64,000 bases of DNA, taken from NCBI GenBank assembly GCA_031459915.1, contig JAVKHO010000003.1, positions 122,594 through 186,593 of the forward strand. Reading direction: 5' to 3'. The notes beneath the pieces are model-generated. The model was not told the origin of the DNA and made no database searches. It saw only the letters and a list, made by a program, of their open reading frames with translations. How positions within the stretch are numbered: the first letter of the stretch is position 1; every line of letters starts with the position of its first letter. Both the position numbers and the translations under genes were made by a program. This document shows positions 18,274 through 29,894 of the stretch, piece by piece. The stretch is from Candidatus Tepidifontimicrobium thermophilum. GTDB taxonomy: Bacteria; Sysuimicrobiota; Sysuimicrobiia; Sysuimicrobiales; Sysuimicrobiaceae.

Positions 18274-20601
18274 CTAGCGGGCGACGGAGGCGACCCGGGC
18301 GGCTTTCTCCTCGCCCGGGGTTCCGCGCTTGCTCATCCACACCGCGAGCGCGACCACCCCCACTGCGCCCGCGCTCACCGCCACCTCCACGTACACCGGG
18401 AGGGGCCGAACCAGGATCGGCGCCACAAGCAGCGCGACCAGGTTCATCACCTTGATGATGGGGTTGAGGGCAGGCCCCGCGGTGTCCTTGAGCGGGTCCC
18501 CCACGGTGTCGCCCACCACCGCGGCTCGGTGCGCGTCTGTCCCCTTGCCCCCCAGGTAGCCGTCCTCCACCTTCTTCTTGGCGTTATCCCAGGCACCCCC
18601 GGTGTTGGCCATGAACACCGCCAGCAGCTGCGCGCTCAGGATGGCCCCGGCCAGGTAGCCGCCCAGGGCTGCCGCTCCAAGGGAGAAACCGACCAGCACG
18701 GTTGCGGCGATGGCCACCAGGGCCGGGGGCAGCAGCTCCCGCTGCGCGGCGGCGGTGACGATGTCCACGCACCGGGAGTAGTCAGGGCGGGCCCGGCCTT
18801 CCAGGAGGCCCGGGATCTCACGGAACTGCCGTCGGACCTCCTCTACGACCTGGAAGGCGGACCGGCCCACGGCCCGGATCAGGAACGCGGACACCAGGAA
18901 GGGCACGGCGCCCCCTACCAGCAGCCCCACAAACACTAGGGGCAAGTTCACCTGGATGCCCACGCCCTCCAAGGCCTGCAGCAACGCGTGGCCTCCCGAG
19001 GCCAGAGCCCGAGAGAGCTTCTGGGGGTCCGCGAACAGTTGGGCTTCGCCCAGGTAGGACCGGAACAGAGCGGTGGCGGCCACCACCGCGGTGGCGATGG
19101 CGAAGCCCTTCGTGAGGGCCTTGGTGGTGTTGCCCACCTGGTCCAGGCGCGCCACCACGCGCCCTGCCAGGCTGTCCGCGCGCTCCACCCCGGACATCTC
19201 GAAGATGCCGTTCGCGTTGTCCACGATGGGCCCGTAGGTGTCCTCCGCCAGGATGAAGCCCGTGGTGGTCAGCAGGCCCAGCCCCGCCAGGGCGATCCCG
19301 TAGGCGGACAGGGCCGGATCCCCTCCGAAGATGGCGAAGGAGCCGAGGATGGTGGCGCCGATGGCCGTTACGGACCACACGCTGGACTCCATCCCCAACC
19401 CCATGCCGGTGAGCAGGAGGGTGGCCGAACCCGTCTTGCTCGAGTAAGCGATCTCCGTCACCGGCGGCCGGTCCGTGTGGGTGTAGTGGTCCGTGATCCG
19501 CTCGATCACCACCGCGAGGAGGATGCCGGTGAAAGTAGCCAGGAAGTACCGGCCGTCCCCCAGGTACCACCAGGAAACGAGCCCGAACCCCACCGTGGCC
19601 AGAGCCGCCGCGGTCCAGAAACCCCGGCTGATGGGTTTCATGGGGTCGCCCAGGGCCTCGTCGGACCCCCGCACCACCCATGTGCCCACCACGGAGGCGA
19701 ACACGCCCACCGCGCGGACCAGCAGGGGGAAGATGACCAGCTTGAGGGCGAAGGCCTGGGCGGCCCCTTCGTCGGGGAACCGCGCGCGAAAAGTGGGTTC
19801 CAGCAAGGTGGCAGCGCCCAGGATGATGGCGGCCACGAGGGTCACCTCGTACGACTCGAACACGTCCGCCGCCATGCCCGCGCAGTCGCCCACGTTGTCG
19901 CCCACGTTGTCCGCTATGACCGCGGCGTTCCGGGGGTCATCCTCCGGAATGCCGGCCTCCACCTTCCCCACCAGGTCCGCGCCCACGTCCGCGGCCTTGG
20001 TGTAGATGCCTCCCCCGACCCGCATGAAAGCCGCCACCAGCGAGCCGCCGAAGCCGAAGCCCACCAGCACCCGCATGGCGTGCTCGCGGAAGAGCAGGAA
20101 GATGACCACCGCGCCGAGCAGCCCCAGCCCCACGGTGAACATGCCCGACACCGTGCCCGCCTGGAACGCCACCTCCAGTGCCTCCTTGAAGGATCTGCGG
20201 GCCGCGTTGGCGACCCGCACGTTGCCCTGCACCGCGGACGTCATCCCCACGTACCCTGCTCCGTACGAGGCCAGGCAGCCCATCAGGAAGGCTGCCGCCA
20301 CGCCCACCGCGAGCTCCGGCTGGTCCCGGTACAGGGGCGCGTACAGGGCGTACAGGACCACGGCAAGCACGAGCACGAACCACGCCATGGTGCGCGCCTG
20401 GCGGGAGAGGTACGCGTGTGCGCCTTCCTGAATGGCCCGTGCCACCGCCACCATGACCTCAGGTCCCGGGTCCCTCGCGAGCACCCGGCGTCGCAGCATC
20501 CATCCGTAGGCGAGCGCGAGGAGCGCAGACCCCAGGACCAGCCAGAGGAGTACCGTCTCGCTGGTGGAGAACGCCGGCAGGACGACCTTGGCCTCCGACA
20601 T
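18274..20601 (-). CDS. hppA: Membrane-bound H+-translocating pyrophosphatase, K+-independent signature
   Basis: GGGIYTKAADVGADLVGKVE, DNVGDNVGD, GNTTKA, GGAWDNAKK, GDTVGDPLKDT; GGAGG RBS. Confidence 0.93.
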   Translation of the reverse strand: MSEAKVVLPAFSTSETVLLWLVLGSALLALAYGWMLRRRVLARDPGPEVMVAVARAIQEGAHAYLSRQARTMAWFVLVLAVVLYALYAPLYRDQPELAVGVAAAFLMGCLASYGAGYVGMTSAVQGNVRVANAARRSFKEALEVAFQAGTVSGMFTVGLGLLGAVVIFLLFREHAMRVLVGFGFGGSLVAAFMRVGGGIYTKAADVGADLVGKVEAGIPEDDPRNAAVIADNVGDNVGDCAGMAADVFESYEVTLVAAIILGAATLLEPTFRARFPDEGAAQAFALKLVIFPLLVRAVGVFASVVGTWVVRGSDEALGDPMKPISRGFWTAAALATVGFGLVSWWYLGDGRYFLATFTGILLAVVIERITDHYTHTDRPPVTEIAYSSKTGSATLLLTGMGLGMESSVWSVTAIGATILGSFAIFGGDPALSAYGIALAGLGLLTTTGFILAEDTYGPIVDNANGIFEMSGVERADSLAGRVVARLDQVGNTTKALTKGFAIATAVVAATALFRSYLGEAQLFADPQKLSRALASGGHALLQALEGVGIQVNLPLVFVGLLVGGAVPFLVSAFLIRAVGRSAFQVVEEVRRQFREIPGLLEGRARPDYSRCVDIVTAAAQRELLPPALVAIAATVLVGFSLGAAALGGYLAGAILSAQLLAVFMANTGGAWDNAKKKVEDGYLGGKGTDAHRAAVVGDTVGDPLKDTAGPALNPIIKVMNLVALLVAPILVRPLPVYVEVAVSAGAVGVVALAVWMSKRGTPGEEKAARVASVAR

Positions 20602-20703
20602 GCATCCTCCTCGAGCGCGTGCGCTTGTGGTAGAGGTCGGCCCTCTCTCCGGGCCCAAGTTGCTATCCTAGGCCAACCCGGACCGAACCGCCAGGGTCCC
20701 GGA

Positions 20704-21171
20704 CTACGGGTCAGGCCCCTGCCGGAGCACCAGCAGTCGGGGGCAGCTTGGAGTGGACGCCGCCTCCACCCGCAGCGCGGCGCCGTCCCGCGCCACGGCG
20801 GAGAGGACCAGTACCCGGCCCGCCGCGCGCAGCTCCTGGCCAGCGAGCCGGCTTACACGCAACACGAACTCGTCCAGGCGTCGCGGGGGCGTTGTGGTCT
20901 CGAACCACCCCGCGCGCCGCACGAACCCGTCCGCGGGCATCCCCCAGCCTAGGGAGCGGAAGCGCATCCCTTCCAGCCATAGGCGGCCCTGGGCGTCCAC
21001 CCGGTAACGCTCCACCACCGGGCTGCGCTCAGCCGAGTGCACATAGTGCAGCTCGAACCGGCCGTCCGGAGCGAGACACAAGGACAGGCCCGGGGCTGTC
21101 CCGCAGGCGGCCAGGAGGGCGCCCAGGGCGAGGGTGAGGGGGCGGGCAGAGATCCCCGGGCGGCCGGTCAC
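20704..21171 (-). CDS. DUF1850-like protein
   Basis: FELHYVHSAERSPVVERY...FRSLGWGMP; GTGA overlap with upstream gene. Confidence 0.7.
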   Translation of the reverse strand: MTGRPGISARPLTLALGALLAACGTAPGLSLCLAPDGRFELHYVHSAERSPVVERYRVDAQGRLWLEGMRFRSLGWGMPADGFVRRAGWFETTTPPRRLDEFVLRVSRLAGQELRAAGRVLVLSAVARDGAALRVEAASTPSCPRLLVLRQGPDP

Positions 21172-21644
21172 CGCGCGGCAGAAGGCAGCCTGGCGGCCCG
21201 CGGCCGGTACGACACCTGGGCACCCACGCCGATGCCGTGCCGGGCGAAGAAGCCCTGGTTGACCTCCAGGGCATACTGCGCCTCGTACCGCGAGAGGTAG
21301 ATGGGGATTTCGCCGCCGGGGGCCGGCGGGTTCATGTCCTGGATGTCCACGATGCGCCAGGCGCTGTCGATGAAGGCGATGGAGAGGGGGATCCACGTGT
21401 TCTTCATCCAGAACGCGAGCCTCTGGGGCGAGTCGAACAGGAACAGCATGCCGGCGTACTCAGGAAGCCAGGTGCGGTGCATGAGGCCGCGGGCACGGGT
21501 GGCGACGGTGTCCGCGACCTCCACGTCCAGGGTGACCCGCCGCGGCCCGTCCACCAGGGTCACGGTGCCCCTCTTGAAGTCGGGCGCTGCGGCGGAGGAG
21601 GTCGCCCACAGCAGCAGGGCTGCAACGAGGAGCACTGCCCGCAT
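21168..21644 (-). CDS. DUF192 family protein
   Basis: VEVADT, RARGLMHR, GMLFLF, FWMKNTWIPLSIAFID, YALEVNQG. Confidence 0.9.
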   Translation of the reverse strand: MRAVLLVAALLLWATSSAAAPDFKRGTVTLVDGPRRVTLDVEVADTVATRARGLMHRTWLPEYAGMLFLFDSPQRLAFWMKNTWIPLSIAFIDSAWRIVDIQDMNPPAPGGEIPIYLSRYEAQYALEVNQGFFARHGIGVGAQVSYRPRAARLPSAAR

Positions 21645-21686
21645 CTTCCCTCCGAATCCGGAAGATCGCCCTTCCCAGGGAAGGGT

Positions 21687-22661
21687 CTAGCCCGATTGTA
21701 CGCCGGGCTCCGGGAGCTCGGTGGGGACCGCTTCCAGCCGGAGCATCCGCGGTCCGCGCAGGACCCACAGCTCCATGGGCTGGCCTGGGGGATGCTGGCC
21801 AGTGGCCAGCTGGAGGTCCTCCGGGCCCCGCACCGCCCGGCCAGACGCGCGCACCACCACGTCGCCCGGGCGCAGGCCCGCACGGTCCGCGGCCGAGCCT
21901 GCCTCCACGCGGACCACGCGAGCCGACCGCTCGGAGTCCAGCCGGTACTCCACGGCCAGGCGGCGCTCCACCCGGACGGGTTCGGCAGCCACACCCAGGT
22001 AGGCGCGGCGCACCCGGCCGTACTGGAGTAACTGACCGGCCACCCAGCGCGCCGTGTTGGCAGGGATGGCAAAGCACAGGCCCTGGGCCCCCGCGATGAC
22101 CGCGGTGTTGATGCCCACCACCCGGCCCCAGGCGTCCGCCAGGGGTCCGCCGGAGTTCCCGGGGTTGAGGGCCGCGTCCGTCTGGATGACGTTGTCGATC
22201 AGCCGGCCGGTCTGGCTGTACAGGGTCCTGCCCAGGGCGCTGACCACGCCCGCGGTCACCGTGGCGGCGAACCCCAGAGGGTTCCCGATGGCCACCACCA
22301 GCTGGCCCACCCTCAGCCGGCTGGAGTCTCCCAGCTCCGCCGCGGGGAGACCTCCCTCAGGGATCCGCAGGAGCGCCAGGTCGGTGTGGGGATCTTCGCC
22401 GACCCGCACAGCCGGCAGCGTACGTCCGTCGGACAGGCGCACCGCTAGGCGGGGCGCCGCCTGCACCACGTGGTGGTTGGTGAGGACGTACCCGTCGGGA
22501 GCCAGCACCACACCGCTGGCCGCGCCGTGCAGCCTTCCAGAGCCAGCGGGTCCGGAAGCCACGCTCACCACCGCAGGGCCCACACGCTCCACGGCCCGGA
22601 CCACCGCGTGGGAGTACGCGTCCAGCAGCTCTCCGTCGTCCGGTTGGGGGTTGGGATCCAT
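21687..22661 (-). CDS. HtrA/DegP-like S1C serine protease with PDZ (no signal peptide)
   Basis: LTNHHVV, DLALL, IQTDAALNPGNSGGPL, C-terminal PDZ. Confidence 0.9.
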   Translation of the reverse strand: MDPNPQPDDGELLDAYSHAVVRAVERVGPAVVSVASGPAGSGRLHGAASGVVLAPDGYVLTNHHVVQAAPRLAVRLSDGRTLPAVRVGEDPHTDLALLRIPEGGLPAAELGDSSRLRVGQLVVAIGNPLGFAATVTAGVVSALGRTLYSQTGRLIDNVIQTDAALNPGNSGGPLADAWGRVVGINTAVIAGAQGLCFAIPANTARWVAGQLLQYGRVRRAYLGVAAEPVRVERRLAVEYRLDSERSARVVRVEAGSAADRAGLRPGDVVVRASGRAVRGPEDLQLATGQHPPGQPMELWVLRGPRMLRLEAVPTELPEPGVQSG

Positions 22662-22787
22662 GCCCGGCCAAACGTCCGGTGTACGCGAATCATTCCCGAG
22701 GAGCCGGGCGGGCAGCTGGCACGAAAACGCCAGCTCGGTTGCCGGGGACAGGGGAGGGCGGGGGCCGGGGGGCGAATACTGACGGGT

Positions 22788-23648
22788 ATGAGTGAGCTGC
22801 GGGAAGTTCAGGTCAGGGACAACGTATGGGTTTGGGGGTTCGACGGGGACGGACCGGCCGCTAGCTACGGCGCGAACTGCGTGGCCGTGGTGGCCGATGC
22901 TGGCGTGGTCCTCATCGACGCTCTGCTGTCGCCGGCGCACGCACGACGTGTGGAGGCGGCCCTGCGGCAGAGGACGGACCGGCCCGTACGACTGGTCGTG
23001 CTCACCCACCACCACGCGGATCACACGTGGGGAGCGGTGCACTTCGTGCGGCAGGGCGCGCTGCTGGTCGCGCACCGGGCTTGCCGGGAGCGGATGGCCG
23101 CAGACCACCCCGGCCAGCTGGCGGCCCGACGGGGCCAGTTGGAGGCCGCGGAACTGCTGTCGGAGGTGGTGCTCGTGCTGCCCTCCCTTACCTTCGACCA
23201 GGGGATCGGGGTCCACCTCGGCGTGGAGGTGGAGGTGTGGCACCCCGGACACGGCCACACGTCCGGGGACGCCTTCGTGTACCTCCCCGAGGCGGGCGTG
23301 GCCGTGTGCGGGGACCTGGTCTTCCACCGCTACCACTTCAACTACCAGGACGCGGATCTAGCCGGCGTACGCCGTGGCCTGGAGGCCTTGGGATCCCTCG
23401 ACGCGGACGTGTTCATTCCCGGACACGGACCCCCGGGAGGGACGGAGCTGCTACAGGCGCAGGCCGCTTACCACGACGCGGTGGAGGAAGTGGTCCGGCA
23501 GGGCCTCGCCGCGGGCAAGGGGGAGGCGGAGGTGACCACGGAGCTGCAGGCCCGGTTCCCGGGCTACGGGCTCACCTCCGCTCTGCCGGTCACCTACGCG
23601 CGGGTGCGGGAGTGGTTGCTCCGCCCGGCCCGGGGAGGCCGCGCATGA
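22788..23648 (+). CDS. Metallo-beta-lactamase-fold hydrolase
   Basis: THHHADH, GHTSGD, GDL, IPGHG. Confidence 0.85.
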   Translation: MSELREVQVRDNVWVWGFDGDGPAASYGANCVAVVADAGVVLIDALLSPAHARRVEAALRQRTDRPVRLVVLTHHHADHTWGAVHFVRQGALLVAHRACRERMAADHPGQLAARRGQLEAAELLSEVVLVLPSLTFDQGIGVHLGVEVEVWHPGHGHTSGDAFVYLPEAGVAVCGDLVFHRYHFNYQDADLAGVRRGLEALGSLDADVFIPGHGPPGGTELLQAQAAYHDAVEEVVRQGLAAGKGEAEVTTELQARFPGYGLTSALPVTYARVREWLLRPARGGRA

Positions 23649-24886
23649 GGCTGGTGTGTGACCTGCACCTGCACTCCCGGTACAGCCGCGCCACCAGCCG
23701 TGACATGGACGTGGAGAACATCAGCGTGTGGGCGCGGCGGAAGGGCATCCACGTGGTGGGGACCGGGGACTTCACCCACCCCGTGTGGCTGCGGGAGCTG
23801 CGCGCCAAGCTGGAGCCTGCCGAACCTGGCCTGTACCGATACGGGGAGACCCGGTTTGTGCTCACCGCGGAGGTCAGCAACGTGTACAGTCAGGACGGCC
23901 GGCTGCGGAAGATCCACAGCATCCTGCTGAGTCCGTCCTTCGAGGTGTGCGAGCGGATCGCCGCGGTCCTGGGGCGTTTCGGCAACCTGATGGCGGACGG
24001 CCGCCCGACCCTGACGGTGTCCTGCGCCAAGCTGGTGGAGTACGTGATGGAGCTGTCGCCGGACTGCCTGGTGATCCCCGCCCACGCCTGGACCCCGTGG
24101 TTCTCCGTGTTCGGATCCCAGTCCGGCTTCGACGACCTGGAGAGCTGCTTCGGTGACCAGCTGCCCCACATCCGGGCCATCGAGACCGGGCTCAGCAGCG
24201 ACCCACCCATGAACTGGCGATGCAGTTTTCTGGACCGCGTCACCCTGGTGTCCTTCAGCGACGCCCACTCCCCCTCCAAGTTGGGGAGGGAGGCCACCGT
24301 GCTGGACTGCGACCGGTCCTACCCGGCCATCGTGGACGCGCTCCGGACCGGCCGCGTCGCGTATACCATCGAGTTCTTCCCCGAGGAGGGGAAGTACCAC
24401 TACGACGGCCACCGGGCGTGCGGCGTCCGCTGGCCGCCCCGCGTGACCCGACAGCACGGGGGACGCTGCCCGCGCTGCGGCCGGCCGGTGACGGTGGGGG
24501 TCCTGCACCGGGTGGAGTCCCTTGCGGACCGCGAGGAGGGGGTCCGGCCTCCCGGCCGGCCCGGCTACCGAAACCTGATCCCCCTGGACGAGATCCTGGC
24601 GGAGGCCATGGGTCAGGGCGTGGGCACCGCCCGGGTCCGCGACGAGTACCTGAAGCTGGTGGCCCGGTTTGGGGATGAACTGCGGGTCCTGGAGGAGGTG
24701 CCGCTGGAGGAGCTGGAGCGGGCCACCCACGCCAAGGTGGCGGAGGGGATCCGCCGGATGCGGGAGGGACGGGTGTACATCGAGCCGGGGTACGACGGGG
24801 AGTTCGGACGGATCCACCTGTTCGAGGACAGCCCGAAACAGGCACCGGCAGCCACGGCTGAGGGCGCCCAGATGAGCCTGTTCTGA
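23645..24886 (+). CDS. Endonuclease Q family PHP-domain protein
   Basis: DLHLHSRYSRATS, GTGDFTHP, PAHAWTPW, ETGLSSDP, SDAHS, EGKYHYDGHRAC, CPRC, PGYDGEFG. Confidence 0.87.
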   Translation: MRLVCDLHLHSRYSRATSRDMDVENISVWARRKGIHVVGTGDFTHPVWLRELRAKLEPAEPGLYRYGETRFVLTAEVSNVYSQDGRLRKIHSILLSPSFEVCERIAAVLGRFGNLMADGRPTLTVSCAKLVEYVMELSPDCLVIPAHAWTPWFSVFGSQSGFDDLESCFGDQLPHIRAIETGLSSDPPMNWRCSFLDRVTLVSFSDAHSPSKLGREATVLDCDRSYPAIVDALRTGRVAYTIEFFPEEGKYHYDGHRACGVRWPPRVTRQHGGRCPRCGRPVTVGVLHRVESLADREEGVRPPGRPGYRNLIPLDEILAEAMGQGVGTARVRDEYLKLVARFGDELRVLEEVPLEELERATHAKVAEGIRRMREGRVYIEPGYDGEFGRIHLFEDSPKQAPAATAEGAQMSLF

Positions 24887-24891
24887 ACACG

Positions 24892-26079
24892 ATGGCCGCG
24901 CGCACTCCCACGGTGGTGCTGCGGCGCGGCCGAGACCGCCGGCTGCGCGCCGGTCACCTGTGGGTGTACGAGGGCGAGGTGGAAGAGGTCCGCGGCGACC
25001 CGGCGCCGGGCGAGGTGGTGGACGTACGGTCGTGGCGCAACGAGTTCCTCGGCCGGGGTACTTTCAGCCCGCAGTCTGCGATCCGGGTGCGTGTGCTCAC
25101 GGATCGCGAGGAGCCGGTGGACGAGGCGTTCTTCGAGCGCCGGCTGCGGGAGGCGCTGCGGCTGAGGGAGCGGGTAGTCTCCGGGACCACGGCGTACCGG
25201 CTCGTGTACGGGGAGGGGGACCTGCTCCCGGGCCTCGTGGTGGACCGGTACAACGACCTGCTGGTGATGCAGACCCTGGCCGTGGGCATGGACGTGCGGA
25301 AGGAGCTGCTGGCAGACCTCCTCCTGTCCCTCACAGGCTGCCGCGCCGTGTACCTGCGCAACGACCCCCACGCGCGGGAGCTGGAGGGCCTGCCGCGGCA
25401 CCAGGGGTTCTTGCGGGGCGAGGCGGAGCTGCGTCAGGTGGTGCACGAGGGCCCCGCGCGGTTCGTGGTGGACGTTCAAGGGGGGCAGAAGACGGGCTGG
25501 TTCTGTGACCAGCGGGAGAACCGGTTGAGTGTGGCCGGTCTCGCCCGCGGGGCGGAGGCGCTGGAGGTGTTCAGCTACACGGGCGCCTTCGGGGTGCACG
25601 CAGCCCTGGCGGGTGCCCGATCCGTCCTCGGGATCGAGGTGAGCGAGGAGATGGTCCGGCTGGCCCAGGAGAACGCCGGGCTGAACGGCGTGGGCGACCG
25701 CTGCGAGTACCGGGTGGCCAACGCCTTCGACGAGCTGCGGGCCCTCACCCGAGAGGGGCGGTCCTTCGACTGGGTGGTCCTCGACCCACCCGCTTTCGCA
25801 CGCCGCAAGGACGCCGTCCCCCGGGCGCTGTCGGGCTACCGGGACATCAACGTGTGGGCCCTGAAGCTGCTTCGGCCCGGGGGCTTCCTGGTGACGTGCT
25901 CGTGCTCCTACCACGTCGACGACGCGAGCCTGTGGGGCGTGGTCCTGGACGCCGCCCGGGACGCGGGCCGGCGCCTGCGGCTGGTGGAGCACCGATCCCA
26001 GGCGCGGGACCACCCGGCGCTGGCCGCCATGCCGGAGACCCGGTACCTGAAGTGCTTCGTCCTGCAGGCCGTCTCCTAG
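24892..26079 (+). CDS. rlmI: RlmI-like class I SAM-dependent rRNA m5C methyltransferase
   Basis: PUA-like N-terminus, EGDLLPGLVVDRY, GQKTGWFCDQRENR, FSYTGAF, LDPPAF, TCSCS. Confidence 0.8.
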   Translation: MAARTPTVVLRRGRDRRLRAGHLWVYEGEVEEVRGDPAPGEVVDVRSWRNEFLGRGTFSPQSAIRVRVLTDREEPVDEAFFERRLREALRLRERVVSGTTAYRLVYGEGDLLPGLVVDRYNDLLVMQTLAVGMDVRKELLADLLLSLTGCRAVYLRNDPHARELEGLPRHQGFLRGEAELRQVVHEGPARFVVDVQGGQKTGWFCDQRENRLSVAGLARGAEALEVFSYTGAFGVHAALAGARSVLGIEVSEEMVRLAQENAGLNGVGDRCEYRVANAFDELRALTREGRSFDWVVLDPPAFARRKDAVPRALSGYRDINVWALKLLRPGGFLVTCSCSYHVDDASLWGVVLDAARDAGRRLRLVEHRSQARDHPALAAMPETRYLKCFVLQAVS

Positions 26080-26160
26080 GGCGTGGCGGTGGCGGGGGCG
26101 GGCCGGTAGAATAGAAGGGACCGACGTGGCGGTCCGGAGACCGAGGTTTCGCGGAGCGGC

Positions 26161-26195
26161 CGACGGGAGGGCGCAAGCCCCTCCCGTCGTTTTTT
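26161..26195 (+). terminator. Intrinsic terminator (possible attenuator)
   Basis: CGACGGGAGGG/CCCTCCCGTCG 11-bp stem followed by TTTTTT. Confidence 0.85.
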
Positions 26196-26214
26196 ACGGA
26201 GGAGGGGACCAGCG

Positions 26215-27831
<1,617 letters not shown>

Positions 27832-27844
27832 GGGACGGGGCCCG

Positions 27845-28480
27845 GTGAGGGGGCTTTATATCGCCCTGGAGGGGCCGGAGGGCTCCGGGAAGACCACCCA
27901 GCTCCGGCGGCTGGCCGCCCGCCTCCGACAGATGGGGTGGGAGGTGGTGGAAGTCCGGGAACCCGGTAGCACCGGGCTGGGCGAGCAGGTCCGATCGCTC
28001 CTCGCGGATCCCGCGCACGCCACCATGACGCCGGAGGCCGAGACGCTCCTGTTCGCCGCTGCCCGGGCCCAGTTGATCCGGGAAGTGGTCCGCCCGGCCC
28101 TGGACCGGGGTGCGGCGGTGCTGTCCGACCGCTGCGTGTACGCCTCCGTGGCGTACCAGGGGTATGGCCGCGGCCTGGGCGCGGAGGCGGTCTGGCAGGT
28201 GAACGAGCTGGCCACCGGGGGGCTGGTTCCCGACCTGGTGGTGCTGCTGGACCTGCCCGCAGAACTGGGCCTGGAGCGGGATACCGAGAAGGGCGCCTCC
28301 CGCCGCGACCGGATCGGGCGGGAGGGGCTGGAGTTCCACCGCCGGGTGCGGGAAGGGTATCTGCGCTTGAGCCGAGAAGACCCGCGCATCCGCGTGGTCC
28401 GGGCGGAGGACGACCCCGACCGGGTGGCGGAGCGGGTGTGGGAGGCGGTGCGGCCGTTGCTGGAGCGGGCGGACGGATGA
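27845..28480 (+). CDS. tmk: Thymidylate kinase
   Basis: EGPEGSGKTTQ, REPG, LFAAARAQ, DR..AYQGYGRG. Confidence 0.93.
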   Translation: MRGLYIALEGPEGSGKTTQLRRLAARLRQMGWEVVEVREPGSTGLGEQVRSLLADPAHATMTPEAETLLFAAARAQLIREVVRPALDRGAAVLSDRCVYASVAYQGYGRGLGAEAVWQVNELATGGLVPDLVVLLDLPAELGLERDTEKGASRRDRIGREGLEFHRRVREGYLRLSREDPRIRVVRAEDDPDRVAERVWEAVRPLLERADG

Positions 28481-28806
28481 AGCTGGTGCTGGCCATCGTG
28501 CAGGAGAAAGACTCCGGGCGGCTGATGGACGCCCTCACGGAGTCCGGATTCCAGTCCACCCTGCTGGCCTCCACGGGCGGGTTCCTGCGGAGCGGCAACG
28601 CCACGGTCCTCATCGGCGTGGAGGACGCAGACGTGGAACGGGTCCTGGAGGTGGTGCGGCAGACCTGCCAGGTCCGGGAACAACTCATCAGCCCGATCCC
28701 GCCGGTGGCGGAACCTGTGGACGCCTACGCCGCGTACCCCGTGAGGGTCCAGGTGGGCGGCGCGGTGGTGTTCGTGCTGGGCGTGGACCGGGTGGAACGC
28801 ATGTAG
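28477..28806 (+). CDS. darA: Cyclic di-AMP receptor, PII-like (DarA/PstA/YaaQ)
   Basis: MKLVLAIVQEKD, LASTGGFLRSGNATVLIG, VGGAVVFV; tmk-darA-holB synteny. Confidence 0.9.
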   Translation: MKLVLAIVQEKDSGRLMDALTESGFQSTLLASTGGFLRSGNATVLIGVEDADVERVLEVVRQTCQVREQLISPIPPVAEPVDAYAAYPVRVQVGGAVVFVLGVDRVERM

Positions 28807-28815
28807 GGGGACGGG

Positions 28816-29823
28816 GTGCGGTTCGCGGACGTTCTGGACCAGCACCACGCCATCGGGCTGTTGCGGTCGGCCCTGCGGAGCGGGCGCGTCCACCACGCCT
28901 ACCTGTTCGCGGGGCCCGCAGGCACCGGGCGGTCGGAGACCGCCGCGGCCTTCGCGCAGGCGCTGCAGTGCGAGCGCTACCAGGAGGACAGCTGCGGGGT
29001 CTGTGAGCCCTGCCGTAAAGTCGCATCCGACGTGCACCCGGACGTGCGGTGGGTGCGCCCCCTGGAGGGCAAGACCACCATCGGCATCGACCAGGTCCGG
29101 GAGGTGCGGCGGGAGGCCGCGTACGGCCCCCACGAGGGGCGGTGGAAGACGTTCGTCTTCTGCCCCGCGGACGCCATGCTGGCAGAGGCACAGAACAGCC
29201 TCCTGAAGCTGTTGGAGGAGCCGCCCCAGCGAGTGGTGTTGGTGCTGGTGGTGGAGTCCGCGCAGGCGCTGCTGCCCACGGTGGTGTCCCGCTGCCAGTT
29301 GGTGCGGTTCAACCTGGTACCCATCAGCCAGATCGAGCACGCCCTCCGGGTGCAGTTCGGGGTCGACCCCGCCCGCGCACGGGTGCTGGCTGCCCTTTCG
29401 GCGGGGCGCGCCGCCCGCGCCGCCGCCTGGTCCAGGGATCCGGAGGCGCTGCGGGACCGGGACGCGGTGGTCGACAGCCTCGTGCGGGCCGAGCGGGAGG
29501 GACTTCTGGCAGCCCTGCAGGCGTGTGAGTTCCTCGCCCAGGACCGCTCACGGCTGCTGGACAGGCTGGAGGTGGCCGCCTTATGGTACCGGGACCTGGT
29601 GGTGTGGAAGGAGACCCGGGACCCCTCCCTGCTGGTCAACGTGGACCGTCGGGAGCAGGTGGAGGAACTCTCGGAGGCCCTGGATCCCCGCGCCCTTCGC
29701 CGCAGGCTGGACGCCCTCGAGGAAGCCCGCTGGGCCATCCGGCGGAACGTCAACCCGCGTCTGGCCCTGGAAGCCGCGTTCCTGCGGTTCGACGCCGGGG
29801 AGCCCGCGGTGGGCCGGACCTAG
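28816..29823 (+). CDS. holB: DNA polymerase III delta' subunit
   Basis: HAYLFAGP, C..CGVCEPC, HPD, IDQVR, NSLLKLLEEPP, LLPTVVSRC. Confidence 0.92.
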   Translation: MRFADVLDQHHAIGLLRSALRSGRVHHAYLFAGPAGTGRSETAAAFAQALQCERYQEDSCGVCEPCRKVASDVHPDVRWVRPLEGKTTIGIDQVREVRREAAYGPHEGRWKTFVFCPADAMLAEAQNSLLKLLEEPPQRVVLVLVVESAQALLPTVVSRCQLVRFNLVPISQIEHALRVQFGVDPARARVLAALSAGRAARAAAWSRDPEALRDRDAVVDSLVRAEREGLLAALQACEFLAQDRSRLLDRLEVAALWYRDLVVWKETRDPSLLVNVDRREQVEELSEALDPRALRRRLDALEEARWAIRRNVNPRLALEAAFLRFDAGEPAVGRT

Positions 29824-29873
29824 TTGCTGCGCGACTTTTAGTTGCTGCGCGACTTTTAGTTGCTGCGCGACTT
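29821..29873. repeat. Tandem repeat, 18 bp x ~3
   Basis: TAGTTGCTGCGCGACTTT at 29821, 29839 and 29857 (last copy 17 nt). Confidence 0.95.
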
Positions 29874-29894
29874 GACGTACAGTTGCGACACTGC

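Noticed and set aside
29821..29873. CRISPR array
   Set aside because: Units are directly adjacent with no spacers, and no cas genes are present
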